Source: Longimicrobiales bacterium (GTDB lineage: Bacteria > Gemmatimonadota > Gemmatimonadetes > Longimicrobiales > Gaopeijiaceae). From it: 64,000 bases of DNA. Location: NCBI GenBank assembly GCA_041690395.1, contig JAWLHJ010000005.1:352001-416000 (forward strand). The letters run 5' to 3'. The translations under genes were made by a program, and so were the position numbers. Each line of letters begins with the position of its first letter. The first letter of the stretch is position 1. Positions 1-9,179 of the stretch are shown here, piece after piece. The notes below the pieces were generated by a model. The model was given only the letters and a program-made list of their open reading frames with translations, had not been told where the DNA came from and ran no database searches.

Positions 1-193
1 GCCATGGCCGGCGAAGGGAGAATGGCCGCGCTGGGTGCGACGGTCTCGCTCCCCGCCCACTTCGCCGCCCAGCGGAGTCGGGCGGAGCGGGTGTCGTGGC
101 TGGTTTGGATGGCCCTGGCGCTCCTGGCGGGGCTGGCGCTCGAGCGGAGACGCACGACCCCGCGCGCTTGAGCCGCCGGGGGTACCCCGGCTG

Positions 194-1339
194 TCAGGGC
201 AGCCCGTCTCGTCCGCCCTCCTTCCAGGCGGGGCGCGGCCCGTCGGCCAGGAAGCGCACGGCCTCCACGGCGGCCTCCACCAGCGCGGCCATGTGATCGA
301 AGTCGACCTGCTCCACCTCGTCCGACGGCTGGTGGTAGTCCTCGTGCATGTTGTAGGACGACAGCGTATGCGCAGGGATGCCCTCGACGGCGAACGGCAG
401 GTTGTCGCTCCGGAAGAAGAAGCGCATCTCGGGCCTGGGGTCGGGGACGATCGGCGATCCGGCCTCGGTGAGCTGGTCGCCCATGGTCGTCCGCTCGTAC
501 CCCGTCAGCCAACCCCGGCCGAAGCCGCCGGCCAGGGAGTCGGGCCGCCCGATCATCTCGATCTGGAAATCGGCGACCGTCTGCTCCAGCGGGACCAGCG
601 GATGCTCGATATACCAACGGGTGCCGAGCAGCCCCTGCTCCTCGGCCGTGCTCAGGAGTACCACGACCGGACGTCTGGGCGGGCTCGCCACCAACGCCCT
701 GGCGATCTCCAGGACGGCCACGGTGCCCGTCCCGTCGTCGTCCGCACCGTTGTAGATCGAGTCGCCGTCCACGGCCGGGCCGATGCCCACGTGGTCGTAG
801 TGCGCGCCCACGATCACGTACTCGTCCTGCACCTCCGGATCGGAGCCGGGAATCAGCCCGACCACGTTGACCTCGTCCGTCAGGATCCACTCCGCGGGAA
901 GCGTATCGAAGTCGAGCTCGGCCGACGGCAGGGCCAGTCCTCGCGCGTCCGGTCCGCCCAGGCGGGCGAGCGGGACGGGTTGGAAGTACCCGTCCTCGCC
1001 GAGGGGCTGGACGCCGGACCGCTCGAGCTCGGCGGCCAGGAAGTCGGCGGCCAGGTGCGCGCCCCTCGTTCCCGCCAGGCGTCCCTGCAGCGAATCGGCG
1101 GCGAGCGTCGACAGGAGCGCCTCGAGTCGGCTCGTCGGGCCGTCCGCGGCCGCGGCGTCCATCCCCCGGGTCGCTTCCGTTCCGGTGTCCGTCGCCGGTC
1201 CGTCGGGCTCGCCGCCGCACGCGCCCGCGGTGAGAGCCATCACGCCCACTGCCAAGAGCGTGCTGGCACGGGGGCGTGACGCTGGGGCGAGGGCACGGTA
1301 GAACCTGGCGAGGGTCTGCAGACGCTTCGGGCGGGACAT
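194..1339 (-). CDS. M28 family metallopeptidase, probable lipoprotein
   Basis: Motifs GAHYDH, GADDDGTG, TAEEQGLLG, FRSDN, YHQPSD; hydrophobic N-terminus ending AGAC. True start may be internal. Confidence 0.9.
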   Translation of the reverse strand: MSRPKRLQTLARFYRALAPASRPRASTLLAVGVMALTAGACGGEPDGPATDTGTEATRGMDAAAADGPTSRLEALLSTLAADSLQGRLAGTRGAHLAADFLAAELERSGVQPLGEDGYFQPVPLARLGGPDARGLALPSAELDFDTLPAEWILTDEVNVVGLIPGSDPEVQDEYVIVGAHYDHVGIGPAVDGDSIYNGADDDGTGTVAVLEIARALVASPPRRPVVVLLSTAEEQGLLGTRWYIEHPLVPLEQTVADFQIEMIGRPDSLAGGFGRGWLTGYERTTMGDQLTEAGSPIVPDPRPEMRFFFRSDNLPFAVEGIPAHTLSSYNMHEDYHQPSDEVEQVDFDHMAALVEAAVEAVRFLADGPRPAWKEGGRDGLP

Positions 1340-1457
1340 CGGGGGCTCCTGGAAAAGCGGGAACGGCGGTGGCTGAAGTTGGGCCTACGGTAGGCCGGGC
1401 GCCACGGCTGGCCCCGGAGCGCAGGGCAGCGCTGTCGTCGCTCCGGGAGGATCGAGA

Positions 1458-1600
1458 GTCCTTCGAAAGTCGAACGATCTCGAGGGGGGCTCTCGTGCTG
1501 ACCCCACCCGGAGAATCTCTGCGCCACACAGGGCTTCCGGAGCCTACGTCGTTCTGGGCGCGACTGAAGGGATCGTTCGAAGATCGAACGATTTCCGAGG
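1458..1600. repeat. Intergenic paired-palindrome repeat, copy 1
   Basis: Imperfect palindrome GTCCTTCGA-AAG-TCGAACGAT (1458-1478) and perfect ATCGTTCGA-AGA-TCGAACGAT (1572-1592); homologous to 7537-7680. Confidence 0.75.
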
Positions 1601-1735
1601 AGCCGAGGAGAGATCACGATCCCTCCCGCTCCGGCACATCGACGATCTGCACATGTCGCCCCTTCACCGGGCCGGACCGGTCCATTAGGTTACCCGTCTG
1701 TTCAGCAACCGGCCGACCGCGTCGTGGAGTGCATC

Positions 1736-2089
1736 ATGGCGGACGTAATCAAAGAAATCGAAAAAGAGCAGCTCCGGGACGAAGTCCCCGAGTTCGCACC
1801 CGGAGACACCGTCAAGGTGCTCTATCTCGTCCGCGAGGGCGCCAAGGAGCGCATCCAGGCGTTCGAGGGCGTTTGCATCGGCCGCAAAGGCGGCGGGGTG
1901 GACGAGACCTTCACCGTCCGTAAGGTGTCGAGCGGTATCGGCGTCGAGCGTATCTTCCCGCTCCACGCGCCCACGGTGAGCGGCATCGAAGTCGTGCGCC
2001 GTGGCCGTGTGCGCCGCGCCAAGCTCTACTACCTGCGCGGCCGCCGCGGCAAGTCGGCCCGCATCGCGGAGAAGCGCACGACGCGCTGA
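1736..2089 (+). CDS. rplS: 50S ribosomal protein L19
   Basis: [54 protein letters not shown] 1736 with GGAG upstream. Confidence 0.98.
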   Translation: MADVIKEIEKEQLRDEVPEFAPGDTVKVLYLVREGAKERIQAFEGVCIGRKGGGVDETFTVRKVSSGIGVERIFPLHAPTVSGIEVVRRGRVRRAKLYYLRGRRGKSARIAEKRTTR

Positions 2090-2101
2090 CGGGACCCGGC
2101 C

Positions 2102-2740
2102 GTGTCGCCGGAGTCGTCGGGGGCCCAACGACCCCAGGACCTTCTCGCTTACGAGCGTCGGTTCTGGGGTCGTGGCATGTCCGTCGCGGGCGTCGACGAA
2201 GCCGGTCGGGGCCCTTTGGCCGGCCCGGTCGTGGCCGCGGCGGTGGTCCTCCCGGAAGGAACCCTGGTCGACGGAGCCGACGATTCCAAGCGACTCGCCG
2301 AGAAGACGCGTGAAGAGCTGTTCGACCGCATTCTGGAGACGGCCCTCTGCGTCGGGATCGGCGCCGCCTCGGTGCGTGAGATCGACCGCCGCAACATCCT
2401 GCGCGCGACGACGGTGGCCATGCGCCGGGCGCTCGACCGGCTCGAGGTGGTGCCCGACCACATCGTCGTCGACGGCCTCCCGGTGAAGCACCTCGGGCGC
2501 GAGCACGACGCGGTGGTCGACGGCGACGCGCTGGTGCACAGCATCGGGTGCGCCTCGATCGTGGCCAAGGTCGTGCGGGACCGGCTCATGCGCCGGCTCT
2601 CCAGGAGATATCCAGGGTACGCGTGGGAGACGAACGTGGGGTACGGAACGCAGGCGCACCGCGACGCGCTCCGCACGCTCGGTCCCACGCCCCATCACCG
2701 CCTGACGTTCGGCGGATGCCAATTCGAGCTCGAGCTCTGA
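2102..2740 (+). CDS. rnhB: Ribonuclease HII
   Basis: GVDEAGRGPLAGPVVAAAV, DSKRL, VVDG, ASIVAKVVRD, GYGT; follows rplS. Confidence 0.96.
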   Translation: MSPESSGAQRPQDLLAYERRFWGRGMSVAGVDEAGRGPLAGPVVAAAVVLPEGTLVDGADDSKRLAEKTREELFDRILETALCVGIGAASVREIDRRNILRATTVAMRRALDRLEVVPDHIVVDGLPVKHLGREHDAVVDGDALVHSIGCASIVAKVVRDRLMRRLSRRYPGYAWETNVGYGTQAHRDALRTLGPTPHHRLTFGGCQFELEL

Positions 2741-2750
2741 GGGAGGACAC

Positions 2751-3152
2751 ATGCAATCCGAGCACCTCACGAATCTCCACCCGGGATGGGTCGTCGGCGG
2801 CTGGCTCATCGCCGTCTCCGTGACCGCGGCGCTCTACCTGGGCGGCATCGGGCTCGGCGTGGTCCAGGCCGGGTCGGGCGCGCTTCCCTGGCTCGTCGCC
2901 TCCATGGCCGGGGGCTTCTACGTAGGGGGGTTGTTCGTCGGGATGCGCTGGTCCGACGCGCCCATCCTGCACGGGGTCGCCATCAGCCTGGTGAGCGTGG
3001 TCGTCTGGTACCTCATGACCCTGGTCAGCGATACCGGGACCTTCGACCAGGCCGGAATCGTGCTCGGACTCGTGCTCGTCCAGCTCCTCGCTTCCGTTCT
3101 CGGCGGCCGGATGGGTCGCCGGGTCACCCTCGGCCGTTCCGTGAGTTCCTGA
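2751..3152 (+). CDS. Small integral membrane protein (about 4 TM)
   Basis: Four hydrophobic segments; GGAGG RBS; operonic between rnhB and panD. Confidence 0.75.
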   Translation: MQSEHLTNLHPGWVVGGWLIAVSVTAALYLGGIGLGVVQAGSGALPWLVASMAGGFYVGGLFVGMRWSDAPILHGVAISLVSVVVWYLMTLVSDTGTFDQAGIVLGLVLVQLLASVLGGRMGRRVTLGRSVSS

Positions 3153-3156
3153 CATC

Positions 3157-3498
3157 ATGCGCTTCATCCTCCGCTCGAAGATCCACCAGGCCGTCGTCAC
3201 CGGAGCGAGCGTCGACTACGTCGGCAGCATCGCCATCGATCTCGACCTCGTCGAGCGCGCCGGGTTCATGGTCGGCGAGAAGGTCCTCGTCGTGAGCAAC
3301 ACCTCCGGGGCGCGCCTCGAGACGTACATCATCGAGGCTCCGCGCGGATCGGGAGCCGTCGAGATGAACGGCGCCGCCGCGCACCTCATCCAGAAGGGCG
3401 AGGAGATCATCATCATGGGCTTCGAGCTCGCCGACGAGCCGGTGGAGCCGAAGCTCGTCCTCGTGGACCGCGAGAACCGCTTCGTCCGGGAGATGTAG
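3157..3498 (+). CDS. panD: Aspartate 1-decarboxylase
   Basis: SKIHQAVVT, YVGSIAID (G-S self-cleavage site), RLETYII, NGAAAHL. Confidence 0.95.
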   Translation: MRFILRSKIHQAVVTGASVDYVGSIAIDLDLVERAGFMVGEKVLVVSNTSGARLETYIIEAPRGSGAVEMNGAAAHLIQKGEEIIIMGFELADEPVEPKLVLVDRENRFVREM

Positions 3499-3504
3499 GC
3501 GCCG

Positions 3505-6177
3505 TCAGTCCGACCCTAGCGCGTCCAGCGGATCGGTGCGCGCGGCGCGACGGGCAGGGCCGAGCGAGGTCACGGTCGCGACCATCGCCACGCCAGCCAC
3601 GATGATCAGGTAGAGGCCCGGGTCCGTCGGCGACACGCCATACAGCAGGCTTTCCACCCACCGCGCCAGCACCAGCGACACGAGCACGCCGACCGCAGCC
3701 CCGGAGAGGGTGAGGACGAGCGACCGCCCGAGTACCCGCCCGACGATGTCGCGCGCTCCGGCCCCGACGGCGATCCGTAGGCCGATCTCCCGGCGCTGGC
3801 GTGAGAGCGTGTATCCCAGGATGCCGTAGAGGCCGATCAGGCTCAGCCCGAGCGCCAGGGCGCCGAACCCGCCTACGAGCGTCATGGCGAACGCCCGCCG
3901 CGCGGTGCTCTCCTGGAAGCGGGCCGCGATGGTCGTGAGCTCGTGGGGCGGGAGCGTCGGGTCGACGTCCGCGAGCACGGTCCGCAGGCTCGCACCGACC
4001 GATCCCTCGTCGACGCCGTCGGCTCGGCGGACCACGACGCCCATCCACGTCAGCCACGGCCATGTCTTCTGTGCGTAGGGGACGTAGACCACGGGTCCGG
4101 GCTCGATGTCGGGGCCGGCCAGTCGCGCGTCGGCGACCACCCCGACGATCTCTCGCCACGGTGTCTCTCCCACCCGGAACGCGATGCGGCTCCCGACGGC
4201 GCCCCCCGCCGGCCAGTGCTTCCGAGCCAGCGACTCGCTGATGACGGCTACCGGCGCGCCGTCCCGCCCGTCGGCGGGGCCGAGTGCGCGTCCTTCGACG
4301 ACAGCCTGACGCAGGGTCTCGAAGTAGCGCGGGTGGACCGCCACCAGGGGCTCGTCGTCCTCACGGCCGCTGGGGTTGGTGGCCTCTCGACCCTCGATCG
4401 CGAAGCTCATCGTCATCGACTGTCCCGAGGCGGGCGTCCATGTCGACGCGCTGGCGTCCGCGACTCCGGGAATGGCGCGTACCCGCTCCAGGAGCCCGTC
4501 GTAGAAGTCGACCTGCTCGTCGATCTCGCCGTAGCGGCCGAACGGGAGGTCTAGCTCCATGACGCTCAGGCCCTCCGGGTCGAAGCCGGGATCGACGGTG
4601 GTCACGGCCCGGAACGACTGGATGAAGAGGCCGGCGCCGACGAGCAGCACCACGGAGAACGCGACCTGACCGACCAGAAGGCCGTCCCGGAGCCGCACGT
4701 GGCCGGCGCCGGAAGTGGTGCGCGTTCCCCTGAGGGCGCGGTCGACGTCGGTCCGGGCCAGCCGTAGGGCCGGAGCCAGGCCGAAGAGCGCGGCGCAGCC
4801 GAACGCCACGGCCCCCGCGAAGGCGAGCATGCGGAGGTCCACCGACGCGCGCCCGAGAAGCGGGACGTCCGCCGGGGCCGCCGCGACCAGAACACGGAGG
4901 AGCGTCGGCGCGACGAGGGCCGCGCCGACCCCACCGAGTACCGCCAGAAGCCCGCTTTCCGTCAGCAACTGCCGCATGATCCGGCCGCGGCCGGCGCCCA
5001 TCGCGCCGCGCACCGCCATCTCGCGCTCACGGGACGCGGCCCGGGCCAGTAGGAGGTTCGCGAGGTTGCCGCACACGATCAGCAACACGACGCCCACTCC
5101 TCCGAGCAGGACCAGGAGCAGGGTCCGCACGTTCCGCGTGAGGTCGGCGTGGAACGGCACCACGTTCACGCCCCACCCGGTCATCTGGGCCGGGTGCTCC
5201 TCGGCGATGGCACGGGCGAGCTGGCTCATCTCGGCCTGCGCCGCGCCGACCGAGACGCCTTCGCGGAGCAGGCCGATCACCGAGAAGTTGTGGCTGGTGC
5301 GCTCCGTCGGGTCGAGCCGGTCGTCGGGCATGGCCCGCCACAGGTCGACGTTCGCCGTCGGATAATCGAAGCCCGCCGGCATGACGCCCACGACCGTGTG
5401 GGGAACGTCGTTCAGGACGATGCGGGTCCCGAGGACACCGGGATCGCCGCCGAGGCGCGTCCGCCAGAACCCGTTGGCCAGCACGACCGCGTCGCCTCCG
5501 CTCCCGTCCGCCGGCAGGAGGGTCCGGCCGAGATGCGGCGTCGTGCCGAGGGCGGTGAACGCCTCGGGCTCGAGGTCGAGCACGCGGACCCGGGCTGCGT
5601 CGCCCAGGCCGGTGAGCGACACACCGTACGGCCCGCTCTGCGCCGCGACGACCTCGAACGAGGAAGCGTTCTCCTGCCAGTCGACCACGTTCCCCGACGA
5701 GACCACGTTGCGCGTCGCCCCCTGCGGTGACGTCTCCCAGATGCGGACCAGGCGGTCGGGGTGCGCATAGGGCAGGGGAGCGAGCAGGACCGCATCCACC
5801 ACGCTGAAGATGGACGTCGTCGCACCGATGCCGGCCGCGAGCGTACCGACCGCCACGAGGGTGAAGACTGGTGCGCGCCTGAGCGACCGGAGGCCGTACC
5901 GGACGTCCTGGACGAGCTCGGCGAGCCAGGCGCGGCGGCTCTCCCGCCGGTGGGCGCGCTCGTCGATCCGGTCGCACGCCTCGGTGATCCGCCGCTCGTC
6001 CCCGATCCGGTCGCGCGCGGCCGCGCGGGCCTCGCGCTCGGACATGCCGCCGGCCATGTAGTCCCGCACCCGCATCTCGAAGTGGAAGCGGAGCTCCTCG
6101 TCGGCGTCGCGCTCGGACGGTCGCCCGAGCACTCGGGCCATGAGGCCGCGCAGCCGGTCCGACCCGCGGGGCCTCAT
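3505..6177 (-). CDS. ADOP-type duplicated ABC transporter permease (MacB/FtsX-like) with permease-prefix domain
   Basis: EELRFHFEM prefix, QDVRYGLRSLRRAP, GNLANLLLARA-REREMAVR, RRREIGLRIAVGA, PARRAARTDP. Confidence 0.93.
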   Translation of the reverse strand: MRPRGSDRLRGLMARVLGRPSERDADEELRFHFEMRVRDYMAGGMSEREARAAARDRIGDERRITEACDRIDERAHRRESRRAWLAELVQDVRYGLRSLRRAPVFTLVAVGTLAAGIGATTSIFSVVDAVLLAPLPYAHPDRLVRIWETSPQGATRNVVSSGNVVDWQENASSFEVVAAQSGPYGVSLTGLGDAARVRVLDLEPEAFTALGTTPHLGRTLLPADGSGGDAVVLANGFWRTRLGGDPGVLGTRIVLNDVPHTVVGVMPAGFDYPTANVDLWRAMPDDRLDPTERTSHNFSVIGLLREGVSVGAAQAEMSQLARAIAEEHPAQMTGWGVNVVPFHADLTRNVRTLLLVLLGGVGVVLLIVCGNLANLLLARAASREREMAVRGAMGAGRGRIMRQLLTESGLLAVLGGVGAALVAPTLLRVLVAAAPADVPLLGRASVDLRMLAFAGAVAFGCAALFGLAPALRLARTDVDRALRGTRTTSGAGHVRLRDGLLVGQVAFSVVLLVGAGLFIQSFRAVTTVDPGFDPEGLSVMELDLPFGRYGEIDEQVDFYDGLLERVRAIPGVADASASTWTPASGQSMTMSFAIEGREATNPSGREDDEPLVAVHPRYFETLRQAVVEGRALGPADGRDGAPVAVISESLARKHWPAGGAVGSRIAFRVGETPWREIVGVVADARLAGPDIEPGPVVYVPYAQKTWPWLTWMGVVVRRADGVDEGSVGASLRTVLADVDPTLPPHELTTIAARFQESTARRAFAMTLVGGFGALALGLSLIGLYGILGYTLSRQRREIGLRIAVGAGARDIVGRVLGRSLVLTLSGAAVGVLVSLVLARWVESLLYGVSPTDPGLYLIIVAGVAMVATVTSLGPARRAARTDPLDALGSD

Positions 6178-6527
6178 GCGTCACCCCCGGCGATCGCGGT
6201 TGCGACCAGCGCGCGCCGCACCACCCGGACCATCGTGCCCCAACGCTCCGTCTTGGCTTCGAACGCGGCGCGCCCCTCCGCGGTCAGCTCGTAGAACTTC
6301 GCCCGCCGGTTGTTCTCCGACGTGCCCCACGACGAAGCCAGCCACCCCTTCGCCTTCATGCGATGGAGGGCGGGGTACAGCGAGCCCTCCTCCACGCGCA
6401 GCGCGTCGTCGGTGACTTCTTCGATCCAGCGCGCGATCCCGTATCCGTGCGCGGGTCCCTCGCTGAGCGCCTTCAGGATCAGGAGCTCCAGCGTTCCCTG
6501 AAGCAGCCCCCGCTCGTCTTCGAACAT
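6174..6527 (-). CDS. PadR family transcriptional regulator (acidobacterial type)
   Basis: LLQGTLELLILKAL, HGYGIARWI, EEGSLYPALHR, WGTSENNRRAKFY; start reassigned to ATG 6527; stop overlaps the permease start (ATGA). Confidence 0.93.
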   Translation of the reverse strand: MFEDERGLLQGTLELLILKALSEGPAHGYGIARWIEEVTDDALRVEEGSLYPALHRMKAKGWLASSWGTSENNRRAKFYELTAEGRAAFEAKTERWGTMVRVVRRALVATAIAGGDA

Positions 6528-6553
6528 CGTCGTCCCCTCCGCTTCGTCCCCGT

Positions 6554-6654
6554 GTGATCTCGCCCCGAGTGATCTCGCCCCGTGAGAGGTGATCTCCACT
6601 CCCATAGACTCCGAAGGGAAGCTTGGGGTTGGAAGCATAGACATGCAAGGGGAG
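6554..6654. promoter_or_regulatory. Candidate PadR operator pair plus short tandem repeat upstream of padR
   Basis: CATAGACTCCGAAGGGAAG (6603-6621) and CATAGACATGCAAGGGGAG (6636-6654), 33 bp apart; GTGATCTCGCCCCG twice (6554-6567, 6569-6582). Confidence 0.45.
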
Positions 6655-6932
6655 GGCTGCGAAGGGCACAGCGTGGCGAACGCGCCGAGCAGGAGCAGCG
6701 TCGGCCGGATCTCCCAGGCGGCCTCACGCGCGGGGCCGGCCAGCGCGGCGGCGTCCGACTCCGAGCCTGAGTCCGGGCGTAGGTCACGGGCATGTGATTG
6801 CGGTGACCGGCCGGGCGGGTCAAGATCGAGAGAAGACGAGTCCCCCTGTCCACCGCGTTCCGCTCGGAGTCGCTCATGTCCGGTCCTGTCCGTCGTTCTC
6901 CCTCCACCTCGAAGCCCAGACACACCCCGGCG

Positions 6933-7484
6933 ATGCGCTCCGCCGTGCGTGCCGCACTGGCGTTCGCGCTGCTGGCTGCCGCTCCGGCCTTCGCCGAGGG
7001 TCAGGCCGCACCCGCGTACGATCCCGAGGCACGTCTCGCCGAGATGGGCATCGAGCTACCCGTGCCCGCCGAGATGCGCACCCAGTCCTTCGACCGCGTG
7101 GTGCAGACGGGGAATCTGGTCTTCACCTCGGGCCACGGTGCCTGCGGCGAGTGGGACGGGACGGGTCGCGGGAAGGTGCCGAGCGCGGTGAGCGTCGAGG
7201 AGGCCCAGGCCACCGCCCGCCAGGTGGGCATCTGCCTCCTGGGATCCCTCAAGGCCCATCTCGGTGACCTGAGCCGCGTGAGGCGCATCGTGAAGGTCCT
7301 GGGCATGGTGAACTCGGAGCCGGACTTCACGGGTCAGTCCCAGGTGATGAACGGGTTCAGCTTCTTCATGCAGGAGGTCTTCGGCGAGGCCGGGCACCAC
7401 GCGCGGTCCGCGGTGGGGATGGCGGCCCTTCCGGTGGACTTCACGGTCGAGATCGAGATGGTGGTGGAGGTCGCGAACGACTGA
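6933..7484 (+). CDS. RidA/YjgF family protein with N-terminal signal peptide
   Basis: EARLAEMGIELP, GNLVFTSGH, VKVLGMVNS, NGFS, HARSAVGMAALP, VEIE; signal-like MRSAVRAALAFALLAAAPAFA. Confidence 0.88.
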   Translation: MRSAVRAALAFALLAAAPAFAEGQAAPAYDPEARLAEMGIELPVPAEMRTQSFDRVVQTGNLVFTSGHGACGEWDGTGRGKVPSAVSVEEAQATARQVGICLLGSLKAHLGDLSRVRRIVKVLGMVNSEPDFTGQSQVMNGFSFFMQEVFGEAGHHARSAVGMAALPVDFTVEIEMVVEVAND

Positions 7485-7536
7485 CCCGCGCTCGCCAGGG
7501 CGGAGCGGTGTAGGGCGGCCAGAACGCCGGTCGAAA

Positions 7537-7680
7537 GTCGTTCGAAATTCGAATGAAGTCGAAAGCAATCTCGGTGGTGGGCGGCGCCCGTTTTCCCGCG
7601 CCATACCGGCGCTTCCGCGGCTGACGGGGCCGGCGGCATGTCGGAACAGATCGTTCGAAGATCGAACGATTCCCGAGACG
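7537..7680. repeat. Intergenic paired-palindrome repeat, copy 2
   Basis: GTCGTTCGA-AAT-TCGAATGAA (7537-7557) and ATCGTTCGA-AGA-TCGAACGAT (7650-7670); same spacing as copy 1 (113 vs 114 bp). Confidence 0.75.
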
Positions 7681-7784
7681 GCGGAAAAGAGCGCGATGCC
7701 GCGTGGCGCCCGAGGCCCGACAGAGCGGGCGTGCAGATGCTGGAGTAGGTTGCAGGATCCCCCATGCCGACCCCGGAGGACCCC

Positions 7785-9104
7785 ATGAGCACCCCACCCC
7801 TCGACCGCCGCAGCTTCGTCCGCCTCTTCGCCGCCGGAGGCTCGGCCGCGCTGCTGGGCGCGCCCGGATTCGAGGAGCTCCGGGACCGGTGGGGTGCCGT
7901 GAGCCACCCGTCGGGCCGGATCGGCGACCCGTGGGGCCCCGTCCGGCGCCCCAGCGGGGACGTGGACTGGGCCGCCGTCCGCGCGCAGTTCCTCATGCCG
8001 CCCGACCTCTCGGTCATGAACGCGGCGAACCTGTGCCCGTCGTCGATGCCCGTGCTCGAGGTGCTCGACGCGGCCAACCGCAGCCTGGACCGTGACCCCG
8101 TGCCGAGCGTCCGCTCCGACATGCTGGGCGCCAAGGAGGTGACCCGCGACAAGCTGGCCGCGTTCCTGCGCGTCACGCCCGAGGAGATCCTGCTCACGCG
8201 CAACACGAGCGAGGCCAACAACTGGGTGTCCGCCGGGCTCGATCTCGGCCCCGGCGACGAGGTGCTCCTCTTCTCGGACAACCATCCCAGCAACAACCAG
8301 GCGTGGAAGGCGCGGGCCGAGCGCTTCGGCTACACCGTGCGGGAGGTCGACCCCGTCACGCCGCATCCGGGCTCCGACTACTACCTCGACGCGTTCGCGC
8401 GGGCCATCACGCCGCGGACACGGGTGCTCGCGTTCACGCACCTGACCAACACCGCCGGCGACGTCCTGCCGGCCCGCGAGCTGTGCGCGCTGGCACGCGA
8501 GCGCGGCGTCCTCTCGGTGGTCGACGGCGCGCAGTCGTTCGGCCTGTTCGACATCGATCTGTCCGCCATGCGTCCCGACTTCTTCAGCGGGAGCGCCCAC
8601 AAGTGGCCGTGCGGCCCGAAGGAGACCGGGCTGCTCTCCGTGTCCGCCGACGTCCACGACCGGTTTCACCCGTCCATCGTCAGCGCATACACGGGCTCAC
8701 GCGGGCTCGCGCGCACGCACGAGGGGCTCGGTCAGCGCGACGAGCCGGCGCTGCGTGCGTTCGGGCGGCAGATCGACTTCCTGAGCGAGATCGGCCAGCA
8801 CGAGATCGAGGCGCGGAGCCGCGAGCTCGCCACGGCGCTCGTCGAGGAGCTCGGTAGGCTCGACGGCGTGCGCATGTGGACGTCCACCGAACCCGCGCTG
8901 CGGGCGGCCGTGGTCACCTTCCAGCCGGGCGAGCTCGAGCCGTCGCGGGTGATCGATGCGCTCGAAGCGGACGGCATCGTCGCGGCGTCACGGGGCGGGA
9001 GCGACCGGCCGGGCATCCGGTTCTCACCGCACTACTACAACTCGTTCGAGGACGTGGAGCGCGGGGTGGAAGCGATCGGGAGGTATTTGCGGCAGGGGCT
9101 CTGA
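7785..9104 (+). CDS. Class V PLP-dependent aminotransferase (cysteine desulfurase/isopenicillin N epimerase-like), Tat-exported
   Basis: Twin-arginine DRRSFVRL; TRNTSEA, VDGAQSFG, GSAHKWPCGP (PLP lysine), IRFSPHYYN; GGAGG before ATG 7785. Confidence 0.9.
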   Translation: MSTPPLDRRSFVRLFAAGGSAALLGAPGFEELRDRWGAVSHPSGRIGDPWGPVRRPSGDVDWAAVRAQFLMPPDLSVMNAANLCPSSMPVLEVLDAANRSLDRDPVPSVRSDMLGAKEVTRDKLAAFLRVTPEEILLTRNTSEANNWVSAGLDLGPGDEVLLFSDNHPSNNQAWKARAERFGYTVREVDPVTPHPGSDYYLDAFARAITPRTRVLAFTHLTNTAGDVLPARELCALARERGVLSVVDGAQSFGLFDIDLSAMRPDFFSGSAHKWPCGPKETGLLSVSADVHDRFHPSIVSAYTGSRGLARTHEGLGQRDEPALRAFGRQIDFLSEIGQHEIEARSRELATALVEELGRLDGVRMWTSTEPALRAAVVTFQPGELEPSRVIDALEADGIVAASRGGSDRPGIRFSPHYYNSFEDVERGVEAIGRYLRQGL

Positions 9105-9179
9105 CGGCCCGGTCACAAGCGCGACGGCTCGCTCGTTGGAATCACGATGTCCGTCCCACGAAGTCCGGAGGTCATTCGT

